A stretch of 45,557 nucleotides of DNA from Promethearchaeota archaeon (GTDB lineage Archaea; Asgardarchaeota; Lokiarchaeia; Sigyniarchaeales; SOKP01), in assembly GCA_011364925.1 (NCBI GenBank), contig RDOA01000024.1, positions 1 to 45,557 of the forward strand. The letters run 5' to 3'. Made by a program: the position numbers and the translations under genes. This document shows positions 20,027 to 29,390 of this stretch, piece after piece (position 1 is the first letter of the stretch; each line of letters starts with the position of its first letter). The notes beneath the pieces are model-generated. The model had not been told where the DNA came from, did not search any database, and saw nothing but the letters and a program-made list of their open reading frames with translations.

Positions 20027-22447
20027 ATGAATCAAAAAGAAGCTTTGTCTGATGTTGAGGCACCAGGACATCCTGGAAAAGATCCCACTTGGACATCAAG
20101 TGCAAAAGATGGAGTAGGAACATCTATATCTCATGAAAGTTTAACTTGGTTTACATTATCTAACGGTATCGTTGATGAAGTATATTATCCCCGTATCGAT
20201 AAAGCAAACATTCGAGATTTTCAATTTCTTATAACTAGCGGTGCTGACTTTTTCGAAGAAGAGAAAACTGACTGTGATCATAAGATTTCAATGTTAGAAG
20301 AAGGAGTTCCTGCATATAAGATCACGAACACATCGCATAAAAAGAGGTATACGATAGAAAAAACAATTCTAACTGATCCTAGAAGGGATGTACTCTTATT
20401 AAAAGTAAAATTTACACCATTAAAAGGAAGTTTAGATGATTACCATCTCTATGCAGTTTTGAATCCTCACATCAAAAACTTCGGTTATGGAAACGATAGC
20501 TGGGTTGGTGATTATAAAGGTATCCCAATGCTTTTTGCGCAGAGAGAAGATATTGTTCTGGCATTAGGATGTTCTATACCTTTTATTAACATGAGCTGTG
20601 GATTTTATGGTATAAGCGACGGATGGCAAGATATTAATAAAAATCATATCTTATCACATCACTATTCTCGTGCTTCAAATGGAAATGTTGTTATCACTGG
20701 AGAAATTGATTTAAAAGCTAGTAATGGAAACTTTATTTTAATCGTCGCATTTGGAAATAATTCGGCAGAGGCAGGTCAACTTGTCCGTGCAGCTTTATTT
20801 AATGATATTGATCAAATAATTAAGGCTTATACGTCATCTTGGTTAGAATTTCAACAAAAATGTATGAACTTAGGCCAAATTGGAGAAAATGGTTTCAATC
20901 TTTACCGATTGAGTATTATAGTCTTGAAGACTCATATGGATAAATGTCTTTCAGATGGCACAATAGCTAGTTTATCGATCCCATGGGGATTTGCTAAAGG
21001 TGACAATGATTTAGGAGGTTATCACCTAGTGTGGCCTAGAGATCTTGTCGAGTCTGCAGGTGGGCTTTTTGCAGTGGGAGCAAATATCGAAGCTTCACAA
21101 ATCATGATTTATTTGATGAGTACTCAGAATGAAGATGGACATTGGCCTCAAAATATGTGGTTAGATGGGACTGAATATTGGCATGGTATACAAATGGATG
21201 AAACTGCTTTTCCAATATTACTTGCATATACTCTAAAAAAAAATGGTTATCTTAAAAAGATCAATATTTGGCCAACTATAAAAAAGGCTGTGAGTTATAT
21301 AGCACATAACGGCCCAGTCTCTCAAGAGGACCGATGGGAAGAAGATTCAGGTTATTCTCCATTTACTTTAGCAGTAGAAATTGCTGCTCTACTTTTAGCA
21401 TCAGAGTTTGCTAAAGAAGCAGGGGAATCTTTAATTGCTAAATATTTAACAGAGTTAGCGGACTATTGGAATTCTAATATTGAAAAATGGACATATGTTA
21501 AGAATTCACAACTTGCCAAGAGGTTGAATGTTGAAGGTTACTATGTTCGAGTAAGTCCTCCTGATGTTTCAGATGCCGCTTCTCCCAAGGATGGTTATGT
21601 TCCTATTAAGAATAGACCTCCTAGTGAAAGTAGAGCACTTTTTGAATATATTGTTAGTCCAGATGCATTAGCTTTGGTACGATTTGGATTACGTGCTGCT
21701 GACGACCCTAGAATCGTTAACACAGTAAAGATTATTGATTCCATCTTAAAAACAGAAACTTCTACAGGGCCAGTATGGCATCGTTATAATAAAGATGGAT
21801 ACGGGGAACATTTAAATGGAGATCCTTTTGATGGCACTGGAATTGGTAGGGGATGGCCTCTATTAACCGGTGAACGCGCCCATTATGAACTGGCGAAGGG
21901 TAATATTGATGGAGCAAAAAAACTTTTAAAAGTAATTGAAGCGCAAGTTGGTTCGGGAGGACTCATTCCTGAACAAATTTGGGATGCAGAAGATATACCT
22001 CACAAAAATCTTTTTAACGGTCATCCTTCAGGTTCTGCCATGCCTTTAGTCTGGGCGCATTCTGAATATGTAAAACTAGTACGGTCAATTGAAGATAACA
22101 AAATTTTTGATATGCCGTCTCAAACTAAACAGAGATATCTAAAAGAAAATCATCCTTCACACCTAAAAATATGGAAATATAATCATAAATGTTCACAAAT
22201 GAATGTAGGAAAGATTCTGCGAATCGAACTTAGAGCTGATGCCATGGTTCGATGGTCCATCGATGATTGGATAACATTTCAAGAATCTGAAACAATTGAC
22301 ACAGGTTTAGGTATCTATTACGTAGACTTACCAACTAAAGATTTAAGCGAAAAAACAAAGTTAAGTTTCACATTCCATTGGCTAGCTCGAGATCAGTGGG
22401 AAAATATTAATTATGAAATCGAATTGACTTCTAAGAATATTGGCTAA
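20027..22447 (+). CDS. GH15 glucoamylase/glucodextranase (glucan 1,4-alpha-glucosidase)
   Basis: WTSSAKDG, EVYYP, IASLSIPWG, YHLVWPRD, QMDETAFP, DRWEE, IPEQIWD, GSAMPLVWAHSEY. Confidence 0.93.
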   Translation: MNQKEALSDVEAPGHPGKDPTWTSSAKDGVGTSISHESLTWFTLSNGIVDEVYYPRIDKANIRDFQFLITSGADFFEEEKTDCDHKISMLEEGVPAYKITNTSHKKRYTIEKTILTDPRRDVLLLKVKFTPLKGSLDDYHLYAVLNPHIKNFGYGNDSWVGDYKGIPMLFAQREDIVLALGCSIPFINMSCGFYGISDGWQDINKNHILSHHYSRASNGNVVITGEIDLKASNGNFILIVAFGNNSAEAGQLVRAALFNDIDQIIKAYTSSWLEFQQKCMNLGQIGENGFNLYRLSIIVLKTHMDKCLSDGTIASLSIPWGFAKGDNDLGGYHLVWPRDLVESAGGLFAVGANIEASQIMIYLMSTQNEDGHWPQNMWLDGTEYWHGIQMDETAFPILLAYTLKKNGYLKKINIWPTIKKAVSYIAHNGPVSQEDRWEEDSGYSPFTLAVEIAALLLASEFAKEAGESLIAKYLTELADYWNSNIEKWTYVKNSQLAKRLNVEGYYVRVSPPDVSDAASPKDGYVPIKNRPPSESRALFEYIVSPDALALVRFGLRAADDPRIVNTVKIIDSILKTETSTGPVWHRYNKDGYGEHLNGDPFDGTGIGRGWPLLTGERAHYELAKGNIDGAKKLLKVIEAQVGSGGLIPEQIWDAEDIPHKNLFNGHPSGSAMPLVWAHSEYVKLVRSIEDNKIFDMPSQTKQRYLKENHPSHLKIWKYNHKCSQMNVGKILRIELRADAMVRWSIDDWITFQESETIDTGLGIYYVDLPTKDLSEKTKLSFTFHWLARDQWENINYEIELTSKNIG

Positions 22448-22523
22448 TTGATAATTAATTGAAAAACATATCAAAAAAATCATTTGGAAAGAAACTAGTG
22501 ATTGAATCAATTAATCAATCAAT

Positions 22524-23048
22524 TTAGATCTTGGATTCTTTTAATTTTAAAGATAAATTTATTAGTAATTTATGTAAATCTAATTTATAACCGATAAGGG
22601 GTGTTAGGTGGATTTGGTATGTCGTTTTGTCGATTATTAGGTATCCCTCCTTCTCAAGTTCTTTTAAATCACTCATTATATCTTTTTTATTTCTTAAGTT
22701 TCTAATTTCTTGAATTGGAGCACTCCCAGAATTTTTAAGGCAAGAAGTTAGTGTACACAATAAAGTTGCTGCTAAACTGGGCTTCCCCTCAAAAGGATTA
22801 GCTGAGATCAATTCTGTTATCTCTTTATCAGAGCTCAAATACCAATGTAAATTTAGAGAGTTAAATTTAATTTGAAGTCCTAAGGGTATGAGATAATTAG
22901 ATAATCCAACAATTAAATTCTGGAAATAAATCGACTTGTTTTTGTTTTTCACGTTTAGGATATCGAGTATCTCTTCTTCTGTAGCCCCGATTTGATATGC
23001 ACTTCTTTTTTTGCTAAGTAAGTGCATTAAAATTGACATCTCATTCAT
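22524..23048 (-). CDS. KITE subunit (tandem winged helix; Nse1/ScpB-like)
   Basis: 'LSNYLIPLGLQIKF..HWYL' and 'LKELEKEGYL..IHLTP' resemble the two wH modules of Nse1/ScpB; last gene of the SMC-kleisin operon. Confidence 0.68.
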   Translation of the reverse strand: MNEMSILMHLLSKKRSAYQIGATEEEILDILNVKNKNKSIYFQNLIVGLSNYLIPLGLQIKFNSLNLHWYLSSDKEITELISANPFEGKPSLAATLLCTLTSCLKNSGSAPIQEIRNLRNKKDIMSDLKELEKEGYLIIDKTTYQIHLTPLIGYKLDLHKLLINLSLKLKESKI

Positions 23049-23061
23049 AATTTCAAAAACC

Positions 23062-23709
23062 TCAAATATATAAACTATTAGTTTCTCTTTGGTACTTAAT
23101 TTTGCCTAATTGAAGCAAATGCAATAAATAAACAAATTTTTCGTAAATGTTTATTTGATCAATTTCATTTTCGAACACTTCTTCAAAATTACAGGGAAGT
23201 ATGTTCTTAATTTCCTCAAAAAATTCGTTAACTTTCTCAGTGAATTTAAGCTTTGGGATTTCTAATAAAAATTGGTAGTCACTTTTCTCTTTATCCAAAT
23301 GTTCAATCGCAAAATCTAAATCTTTCTCTTTACAGAAACGATCTAAAGCGTATTCTAAAAAATTGTAAGATAAAGGTTCTATTTCAAAATTAAAATTCCA
23401 GCAACCAGTAAAAATATCGTACATTTCTTTTTCATTTGGGTTTTTTTTCATAAATTCAATAAATCTCTTTTCAATATCTAATGAATTAAGCAGATTCCTC
23501 AATTCCTCGAATTTACGGTCTAATAGTTCACATACATTAATGAAACTTTTAGAGTAATTCTTAATATTGAAAGTGTTAAGTGAATCCTTTATGTCGCTGA
23601 ATATTGGCAATAATTCAAATTCTAATAAGTTAATTTTACCTAAAAGAACTTCTTCTTTAATATCTTCAATTTTTTTGTTAATCTTTTCTGAAAAATCGAT
23701 TTCTTCCAC
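23062..23709 (-). CDS. Kleisin (ScpA/Nse4-like)
   Basis: N-terminal 'VLLGKINLLEFEL' (cf. ScpA 'GEIDPWDIDI') and C-terminal wH 'EKFVYLLHLLQLGKIKYQ'; starts 2 nt after the SMC stop. Confidence 0.75.
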   Translation of the reverse strand: MEEIDFSEKINKKIEDIKEEVLLGKINLLEFELLPIFSDIKDSLNTFNIKNYSKSFINVCELLDRKFEELRNLLNSLDIEKRFIEFMKKNPNEKEMYDIFTGCWNFNFEIEPLSYNFLEYALDRFCKEKDLDFAIEHLDKEKSDYQFLLEIPKLKFTEKVNEFFEEIKNILPCNFEEVFENEIDQINIYEKFVYLLHLLQLGKIKYQRETNSLYI

Positions 23710-23711
23710 AA

Positions 23712-26700
23712 TTAATTCTCTTTTATAATTTTCGGTTTAAATATAGTAGACACTTCTTTTTTCCCCACTCTCGCAACCCCTATTAGTTTATCTGCAAGAG
23801 AGTACAATGCATTTGAAGATTTTGGGAGGAACATCAATAATTGTATAGAATTTTCTTCTAAAGTTGATTTTATCATTTCATACGAGGCTTCTGAATTCTT
23901 GTCGTCTAAAAACATACCTGCCTCGTCAAACATACATAATGGTGAAGGGTTAATTTCCTGCAGAGATAAAATTAAGCTGATTGAAATCATTGAAATTTGA
24001 CCTCCACTTAATGCAGTACAGGATTTTAATTGGTCTTTTGAAATCGCAGCTTTAATGTCTACACCCAATTCTTCAAAATCGCCTATTAACTCAAGAGTAC
24101 AATACGCCTTAATATTGGCAGAGCTAAATTTTTGGTTGATTTTAGAATTTAACTTCTTAAGAACTAATTGAAACTTATTGAAATATGTTGTTTCTAGTTT
24201 TTTTTCTGTCTTAATAGCTTCTTTTATATCTTGTTCTATATCGTTCTGATTTTTTGTGATTTCTTTTAAACCTGTGATGATTTGTTCTTTTTCTAATAAA
24301 AGTGAATCGTCCACATCTAAATAATTTAGAAGTTTTTTATCAATTTTTAATATATCTTGATTGATTTCTTCAATTGGTCGAATAACTATTTCCTCTTCTA
24401 TAATAAGCTTACCAATCTCTGAAATTATGCGCTTTAAATCAACTTTCTTCATTCCTAATTCGTGTTGTATTGAAGATTGCTTGAAGATTTCTTGCTCTAA
24501 CCTAATTTTTACTTGAATGTGAACTTTTTCAATCTCACTCTTTTCTTTTTGAATGTTAAATTTTTTTCCTTGCAATTCAGAGATGCTTGAATTAATAGAG
24601 TGAATGCCATCCTCCACATTCTCTAAGCGTCTATAAATTTCAAATGCTTTTTTATCTGAATTTTGAAATGCAGACTTTTTCTCATTGTAGTTCGCTTTAA
24701 TTGTTTTTAAATTACTTTCATTAGAATTGATATGAGTATTGATATCTTTTAGCGATTCTAAATGTTCGTTTAATTTATTTTCCCATTTCTTCAATTCTAC
24801 ATTTGTATTAGTTAATTCGTTTGGAATTTCCTTGATTCTTTTGTTCCAACTAAAGAATTCGGGCTCTTTCTGAGATTCGAAATCTTCGATTTTAGTCGAA
24901 AGTAAGTTGAGTTTTTCTTTAAATTCTATGTTTCTTTGTTCTAATGAATAAATATTATCATATAATTGATTTTTCTTTGAAGTTAATCTTTCTTTTTGTT
25001 TGAAATTAAACAAAAGGTCAGTAAACGATTCTTTTTTTCTAAATATCTCGCTCTGCGTCTTGTCATATTTAGCCTGGTTGACCTTTAGTTCTAATATCCT
25101 ATCATTTAACGAGTTAATCTCTCTTTCCAATAGTTCAGATTGTTCTTTTTGAGTACCTGGACTTAACAACCCTTTAAGCCGTTTTATATGGGGGCTTTCA
25201 TACGCATATTTATACGATATAATCTGTTTACCTTCTAAAGTAACACATTTCCCCTTGAAAGCGTTTGTTTTATAGAGTTCTTTTGCGCTAATATTATCCT
25301 TAACCACAAGACAGTTTTTAATTTTTGAATAGATAACTTTCTGAACATTCACATTGTTATTAATAATTTTAATTAACTCTACTAAGTAACCTATTACTCC
25401 AGAGGCCGTAATTTTTGGATAGGGAGTAATGTTGACCTTCTTTGGGATGTAAATATTACAATACGCATTATATTTCTTTTTTAACCTCTCTAGTAAATAT
25501 AAAGTGTCCCAGTCACTAACAATAAAACTATTGAGTAAGCGTTCTCCTAAAACCGATTCAATCGCGTAACTCAATTCGTCATTATAATTTAAATATTCGA
25601 TGATCGGACCTATTACCCGATCCTCTAATTCTCTTTTCTTAATTTCCTCTTTTAGAATGCTAATATTAGGCGACAAAACGATTCTACGTTCTCTTAATGC
25701 CATTTGCAGCGTTTTAAACTTTTGCATCTTTTTCGATTTTTCGTACCCTAATCGCTCGATTTCAGTTCCACATTTTAAAATGTTAACAGTAATACTCTTT
25801 AGATCCTTATCTAATTGTTTTAATAAATCGTTAGATGGATTTTCTAAGAACCATTTATTTTTTTCTAATTTATGATTGATGTCCATCAAACTCTGGAATA
25901 TATCGTTAATATCTTTTTTAGTGTTTTCAATGCTGTTTTCATTCTCTTTGACACTTTTTTTGTGTCCTTCTCTTTCATTGATCAACTCGTTATATTTCGC
26001 TAAGAATTCTTCATTCTCCTTAATTATCCTTATAAGATCGTTTTGTTCCTCAATAAGTTTGTCAATTTTACTCTTTACAATTTGCTTTTTATTTTTTACT
26101 AATTTGATTTCTTCATCGAACTTTTTTTTTTGGGCTTTAATTTTTTTTAATAAATTCTCTTGTTCAGAGATTTTTACTGATATTTCATCCAATTCTTGCT
26201 TTGCAATAATTTTCTCTTTTTGCCATGTGTCAATTTTTTTTATTAATTCGTTTTTCTTATATTCTAACTCGCCTATTTTTTTTGATAGGGTGTTCAGATC
26301 GCTATCAATATCAACTACCACTTTTTCTTTCTCTAAAATTAAGTTTCGATAATTATCAACCTCATTAGTAATTGAATCTATTTTTTTTTGGCTTTCCTGG
26401 AATGATATCTCGAGATTTTCAATCTCTTTTTCTAATAAATCTCTATTAGCCCATAATAATTCGTCCGTGAACTTTTTTCTCACACCCAATAGTTCTTTTT
26501 TCTCGTTTAATCTTTCTAATTTTGGTGTTAATAAATCCAAGTTGAAATTTAATGTGTTTTTTCTCGTTACTAATGATCGAAGTTCAGTGTCTAAAGATAA
26601 TACTCCATACTTTTGTTGAAGTATCTCCTCTCTTAGTCCCTTTAGCCCTATACCCTCTTCTAAGAAAGAACACAGCTCAAAAGGTTTCAAGCTCTTGATG

Positions 26701-27203
26701 GCATCGATTTTACCTTGACTCACAAATGCGAATTGGTTGTCTGGATTAATTTTTAACTCATTTACCAGTTTTTGAATTTCATTAACATGGATTTTCTTAA
26801 AATCTGGGTCATGTTCGCGTTGAATTTCAAAAAAAGGGGATTTTCCTCTTATTACTGTCCTTCGAACTTTTACAATCTCACCATAATGTTGAATATGAAG
26901 CTCGACCATAGCGTGATCTTGGTCATTTCTAATGAAATCCGACCACTTTTTATATCTTTCATCTCTCTCATTGCTTCCCAAAGCGAATTTAATTGCTTGG
27001 AAAATTGATGTTTTTCCACTCCAATTCGGTCCAATGATTAAAATAAACCTAGGAAATTCTTTTTTTTGTGGTATTGAAAAATCAATTTCGTCTCTTTGGA
27101 AAGATAAAAAGTTTTCTAAAAGAACTTTGCGAAGGAATGTATCCTTTTCCATTATTTGATTCTTCGAAACTTTTTTTTCTTTATTTTTAGACGAAATTGC
27201 CAT
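23712..27203 (-). CDS. smc: SMC ATPase, Smc5/6-like
   Basis: Walker A GPNWSGKT, Q-loop 'NPDNQFAFVSQG', two long coiled coils, hinge 'VIGPIIEYL..AIESVLG..LNSFIV', signature LSGGQ, Walker B/D-loop 'SPLCMFDEAGMFLD'; AGGTGA RBS. Confidence 0.9.
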   Translation of the reverse strand: MAISSKNKEKKVSKNQIMEKDTFLRKVLLENFLSFQRDEIDFSIPQKKEFPRFILIIGPNWSGKTSIFQAIKFALGSNERDERYKKWSDFIRNDQDHAMVELHIQHYGEIVKVRRTVIRGKSPFFEIQREHDPDFKKIHVNEIQKLVNELKINPDNQFAFVSQGKIDAIKSLKPFELCSFLEEGIGLKGLREEILQQKYGVLSLDTELRSLVTRKNTLNFNLDLLTPKLERLNEKKELLGVRKKFTDELLWANRDLLEKEIENLEISFQESQKKIDSITNEVDNYRNLILEKEKVVVDIDSDLNTLSKKIGELEYKKNELIKKIDTWQKEKIIAKQELDEISVKISEQENLLKKIKAQKKKFDEEIKLVKNKKQIVKSKIDKLIEEQNDLIRIIKENEEFLAKYNELINEREGHKKSVKENENSIENTKKDINDIFQSLMDINHKLEKNKWFLENPSNDLLKQLDKDLKSITVNILKCGTEIERLGYEKSKKMQKFKTLQMALRERRIVLSPNISILKEEIKKRELEDRVIGPIIEYLNYNDELSYAIESVLGERLLNSFIVSDWDTLYLLERLKKKYNAYCNIYIPKKVNITPYPKITASGVIGYLVELIKIINNNVNVQKVIYSKIKNCLVVKDNISAKELYKTNAFKGKCVTLEGKQIISYKYAYESPHIKRLKGLLSPGTQKEQSELLEREINSLNDRILELKVNQAKYDKTQSEIFRKKESFTDLLFNFKQKERLTSKKNQLYDNIYSLEQRNIEFKEKLNLLSTKIEDFESQKEPEFFSWNKRIKEIPNELTNTNVELKKWENKLNEHLESLKDINTHINSNESNLKTIKANYNEKKSAFQNSDKKAFEIYRRLENVEDGIHSINSSISELQGKKFNIQKEKSEIEKVHIQVKIRLEQEIFKQSSIQHELGMKKVDLKRIISEIGKLIIEEEIVIRPIEEINQDILKIDKKLLNYLDVDDSLLLEKEQIITGLKEITKNQNDIEQDIKEAIKTEKKLETTYFNKFQLVLKKLNSKINQKFSSANIKAYCTLELIGDFEELGVDIKAAISKDQLKSCTALSGGQISMISISLILSLQEINPSPLCMFDEAGMFLDDKNSEASYEMIKSTLEENSIQLLMFLPKSSNALYSLADKLIGVARVGKKEVSTIFKPKIIKEN

Positions 27204-27224
27204 TCTTCTTCACCTAATTTGGCA

Positions 27225-28478
27225 TCATTTCCCAAATGCTCGTTTTAAATTATCTACGCGTTTTTTTGCTTTTTCTAAGTTAACTTGAGCCATTTTAGGG
27301 CTATCGTTTAAAATGAATGCGTATTGCGCAATTAACTTTCTATCATTTTCTTCCAACTTCTCTTGCTTATTTAACTTATCAATAACGAGTATTAATTCGC
27401 TATAATTTTTCGAAACTGCATTTTCGTATAGTTGATCGCGCATAAATTCAGAAAATCTTTCCTCTTTTATCATATTGAGCAGTTCAGTTGAAATGGTACT
27501 TTCCGAACTCTCACTCTTTCCTTTTTTGAAAGCTTTATTTTGTACTTTTTGATTCTCATCAACATCATTATACAATAATTTCTGTTCTCCTTGTTCTCGT
27601 GAAATGGAAGGAATATATTCTCCTGATTCTATTAAATCAATCAATATATCTGTAATTTCGTTGCTAGAGTCGTTTAACTCAGAATTAAGAAACTGCTTAA
27701 AGATACCAATTTTTAATAATTGATTAATGTCTTTCACTTCCCATTTATCTGTATATTCCACCAGGGTTTTAATTTCAAACGAAATTTTTGGATTTTTCTC
27801 AGCAAAGTTTCTGAAAATGGTTTCCCTCTCAATTTTGTCAAGTAAAGGGATTTTTATAAATAGATCAAAAACTTCAAAGATTAATCTCGAATTTACTTCG
27901 ATCTCTTTGATATTGTTGTTAATCCAGATGAATAATAAACCCGCTTTGATCATCATCTTCTTGTCTTTGACCGATGTCATAAATAATTCCAAAAGGTTTC
28001 TCTTGTATGGTTGTATGTTAGAAAAATTCTCTTGGTTAATTAAGAATATTCCCCCAATTTTACCTTCTCCTTGTTGTTCCTCTGTTGTTTGAGAACTTTT
28101 TTTATGAGACTCCTCAAATTGAATCAAAGAGTCCAAAATGAATGAAAAGTTGTTGTAAAACTCATCGGGGGTTTTAATTATCTCTTCATGATTCAGTTCA
28201 TAAAAGTTTAAATAATAATTTTTAGAAATTAGCTTTAAATAATCAACTACATCTGTTCCTACACTAATATTAATGATAATAGCTCCGTTTGGTTGAATAA
28301 ACTTGTTATAACTCTGTACGATTGTTTCTTCGTGGTTAGTTAACATTATTTTCAGATAGTTAATAATATCGTTATACTTATCGCGATAAAAAATCTCCTC
28401 CCTATCAATTTCAATTTCATTAGGTGTAATTATCCGATAGTACTTAGAAAGATCAATATCGTTATCTATATCTGCCAT
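27225..28478 (-). CDS. Degenerate (probably ATPase-dead) classic AAA+ domain protein
   Basis: Looks like a CDC48/FtsH-type AAA scaffold ('PNGAIIINISVGTD', 'FYELN', 'FDLFIKIPLLDKIERETIF', 'LVEYTDKWEVKDINQL') but lacks GKT, DE and the Arg finger. Confidence 0.62.
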   Translation of the reverse strand: MADIDNDIDLSKYYRIITPNEIEIDREEIFYRDKYNDIINYLKIMLTNHEETIVQSYNKFIQPNGAIIINISVGTDVVDYLKLISKNYYLNFYELNHEEIIKTPDEFYNNFSFILDSLIQFEESHKKSSQTTEEQQGEGKIGGIFLINQENFSNIQPYKRNLLELFMTSVKDKKMMIKAGLLFIWINNNIKEIEVNSRLIFEVFDLFIKIPLLDKIERETIFRNFAEKNPKISFEIKTLVEYTDKWEVKDINQLLKIGIFKQFLNSELNDSSNEITDILIDLIESGEYIPSISREQGEQKLLYNDVDENQKVQNKAFKKGKSESSESTISTELLNMIKEERFSEFMRDQLYENAVSKNYSELILVIDKLNKQEKLEENDRKLIAQYAFILNDSPKMAQVNLEKAKKRVDNLKRAFGK

Positions 28479-28834
28479 AGAGAATTTCCTTTTAATGATA
28501 TTTATTTTTTTCTAACATTATTTCCATGTCAATTCTCACATATATATTTAGCGTTTGATTACTTACCGACAAAAACTCAATCATTTATATATCTTGATTT
28601 AAAATATCAAGATCTTAATTAAGTAATTTAGAACAAAATTTAATGTAAAAAGAGTTGTCTAGTTTTCAAAATTTAATTGATTATAACAATTAAAGAGCAT
28701 AAGGTTATAGTTTTCCAATAAATAATACAACATTATATTGCGTTTAAGAGAAAAATGCCTAAAACTCATTTAGAAATTATTATGATTAAAAGGTAAAAGA
28801 TTTAATAGCTTAATTTCTGAATGTGCGAGAATCT

Positions 28835-29233
28835 TTAAAGCGATAAAATTTCATTAAGGATTTCTAAATTTTGGTCTACTTCTTCCCTAAACAAGTGATA
28901 ATAAGTGAATTTTTGTTTTTTATACCCCTGTATAATGCCAGCTGCGACTAATTTTCTTAAATGATGAGATATGGTAGATTGGGACTTATTTAAAATGGCT
29001 TCTAATTCACAAACGCACCTATCTTGATCCTTTAAAGCTTTTATTATGATTAATCGCTCCTTAGATGAAATCGCAGATGTAAACCTTTCAATCGTATTTA
29101 AATTTGTATTTTCTTCTAAATTATTTCCCAATTTTAATAAATTTTCAAATACAATATCTGAATTTGATAGATTTCTACAAGAGCATAACTTTTTTTTTAT
29201 TTCTAATGTTTTTCTTTGTGTTATAAGAACCAC
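28835..29233 (-). CDS. arsR: ArsR/SmtB family metalloregulator
   Basis: RLIII, DRCVCEL (As-binding CVC), SQSTISHHL; extra N-terminal CSC; divergent from acr3. Start codon uncertain. Confidence 0.9.
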   Translation of the reverse strand: MVLITQRKTLEIKKKLCSCRNLSNSDIVFENLLKLGNNLEENTNLNTIERFTSAISSKERLIIIKALKDQDRCVCELEAILNKSQSTISHHLRKLVAAGIIQGYKKQKFTYYHLFREEVDQNLEILNEILSL

Positions 29234-29270
29234 CTTTATGTTTTCAATATTAATCTCTCTATATTAAAAA

Positions 29271-29344
29271 AATGTATCGATAAATATAAATCTATAGCAT
29301 TTAAAGCTTTACATTCATACAAATCGATAAGTATAAATATGAAT
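29271..29344. promoter_or_regulatory. Probable ArsR operator region of the divergent promoter
   Basis: Two 16-nt near-identical boxes, ATCGATAAATATAAAT (29276-29291) and ATCGATAAGTATAAAT (29323-29338); the second is flanked by the inverted repeat ATTCATA/TATGAAT. Confidence 0.65.
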
Positions 29345-29390
29345 CTCAAACTTTCTCTATCAACTAATCACGATAAAAAAAGGAATAATA

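Noticed and set aside
22524-28478. Wadjet/MksBEFG anti-plasmid system
   Set aside because: No JetD/MksG TOPRIM nuclease in the window, the gene order differs, and the SMC motifs look Smc5/6-like. A defence role is not excluded.
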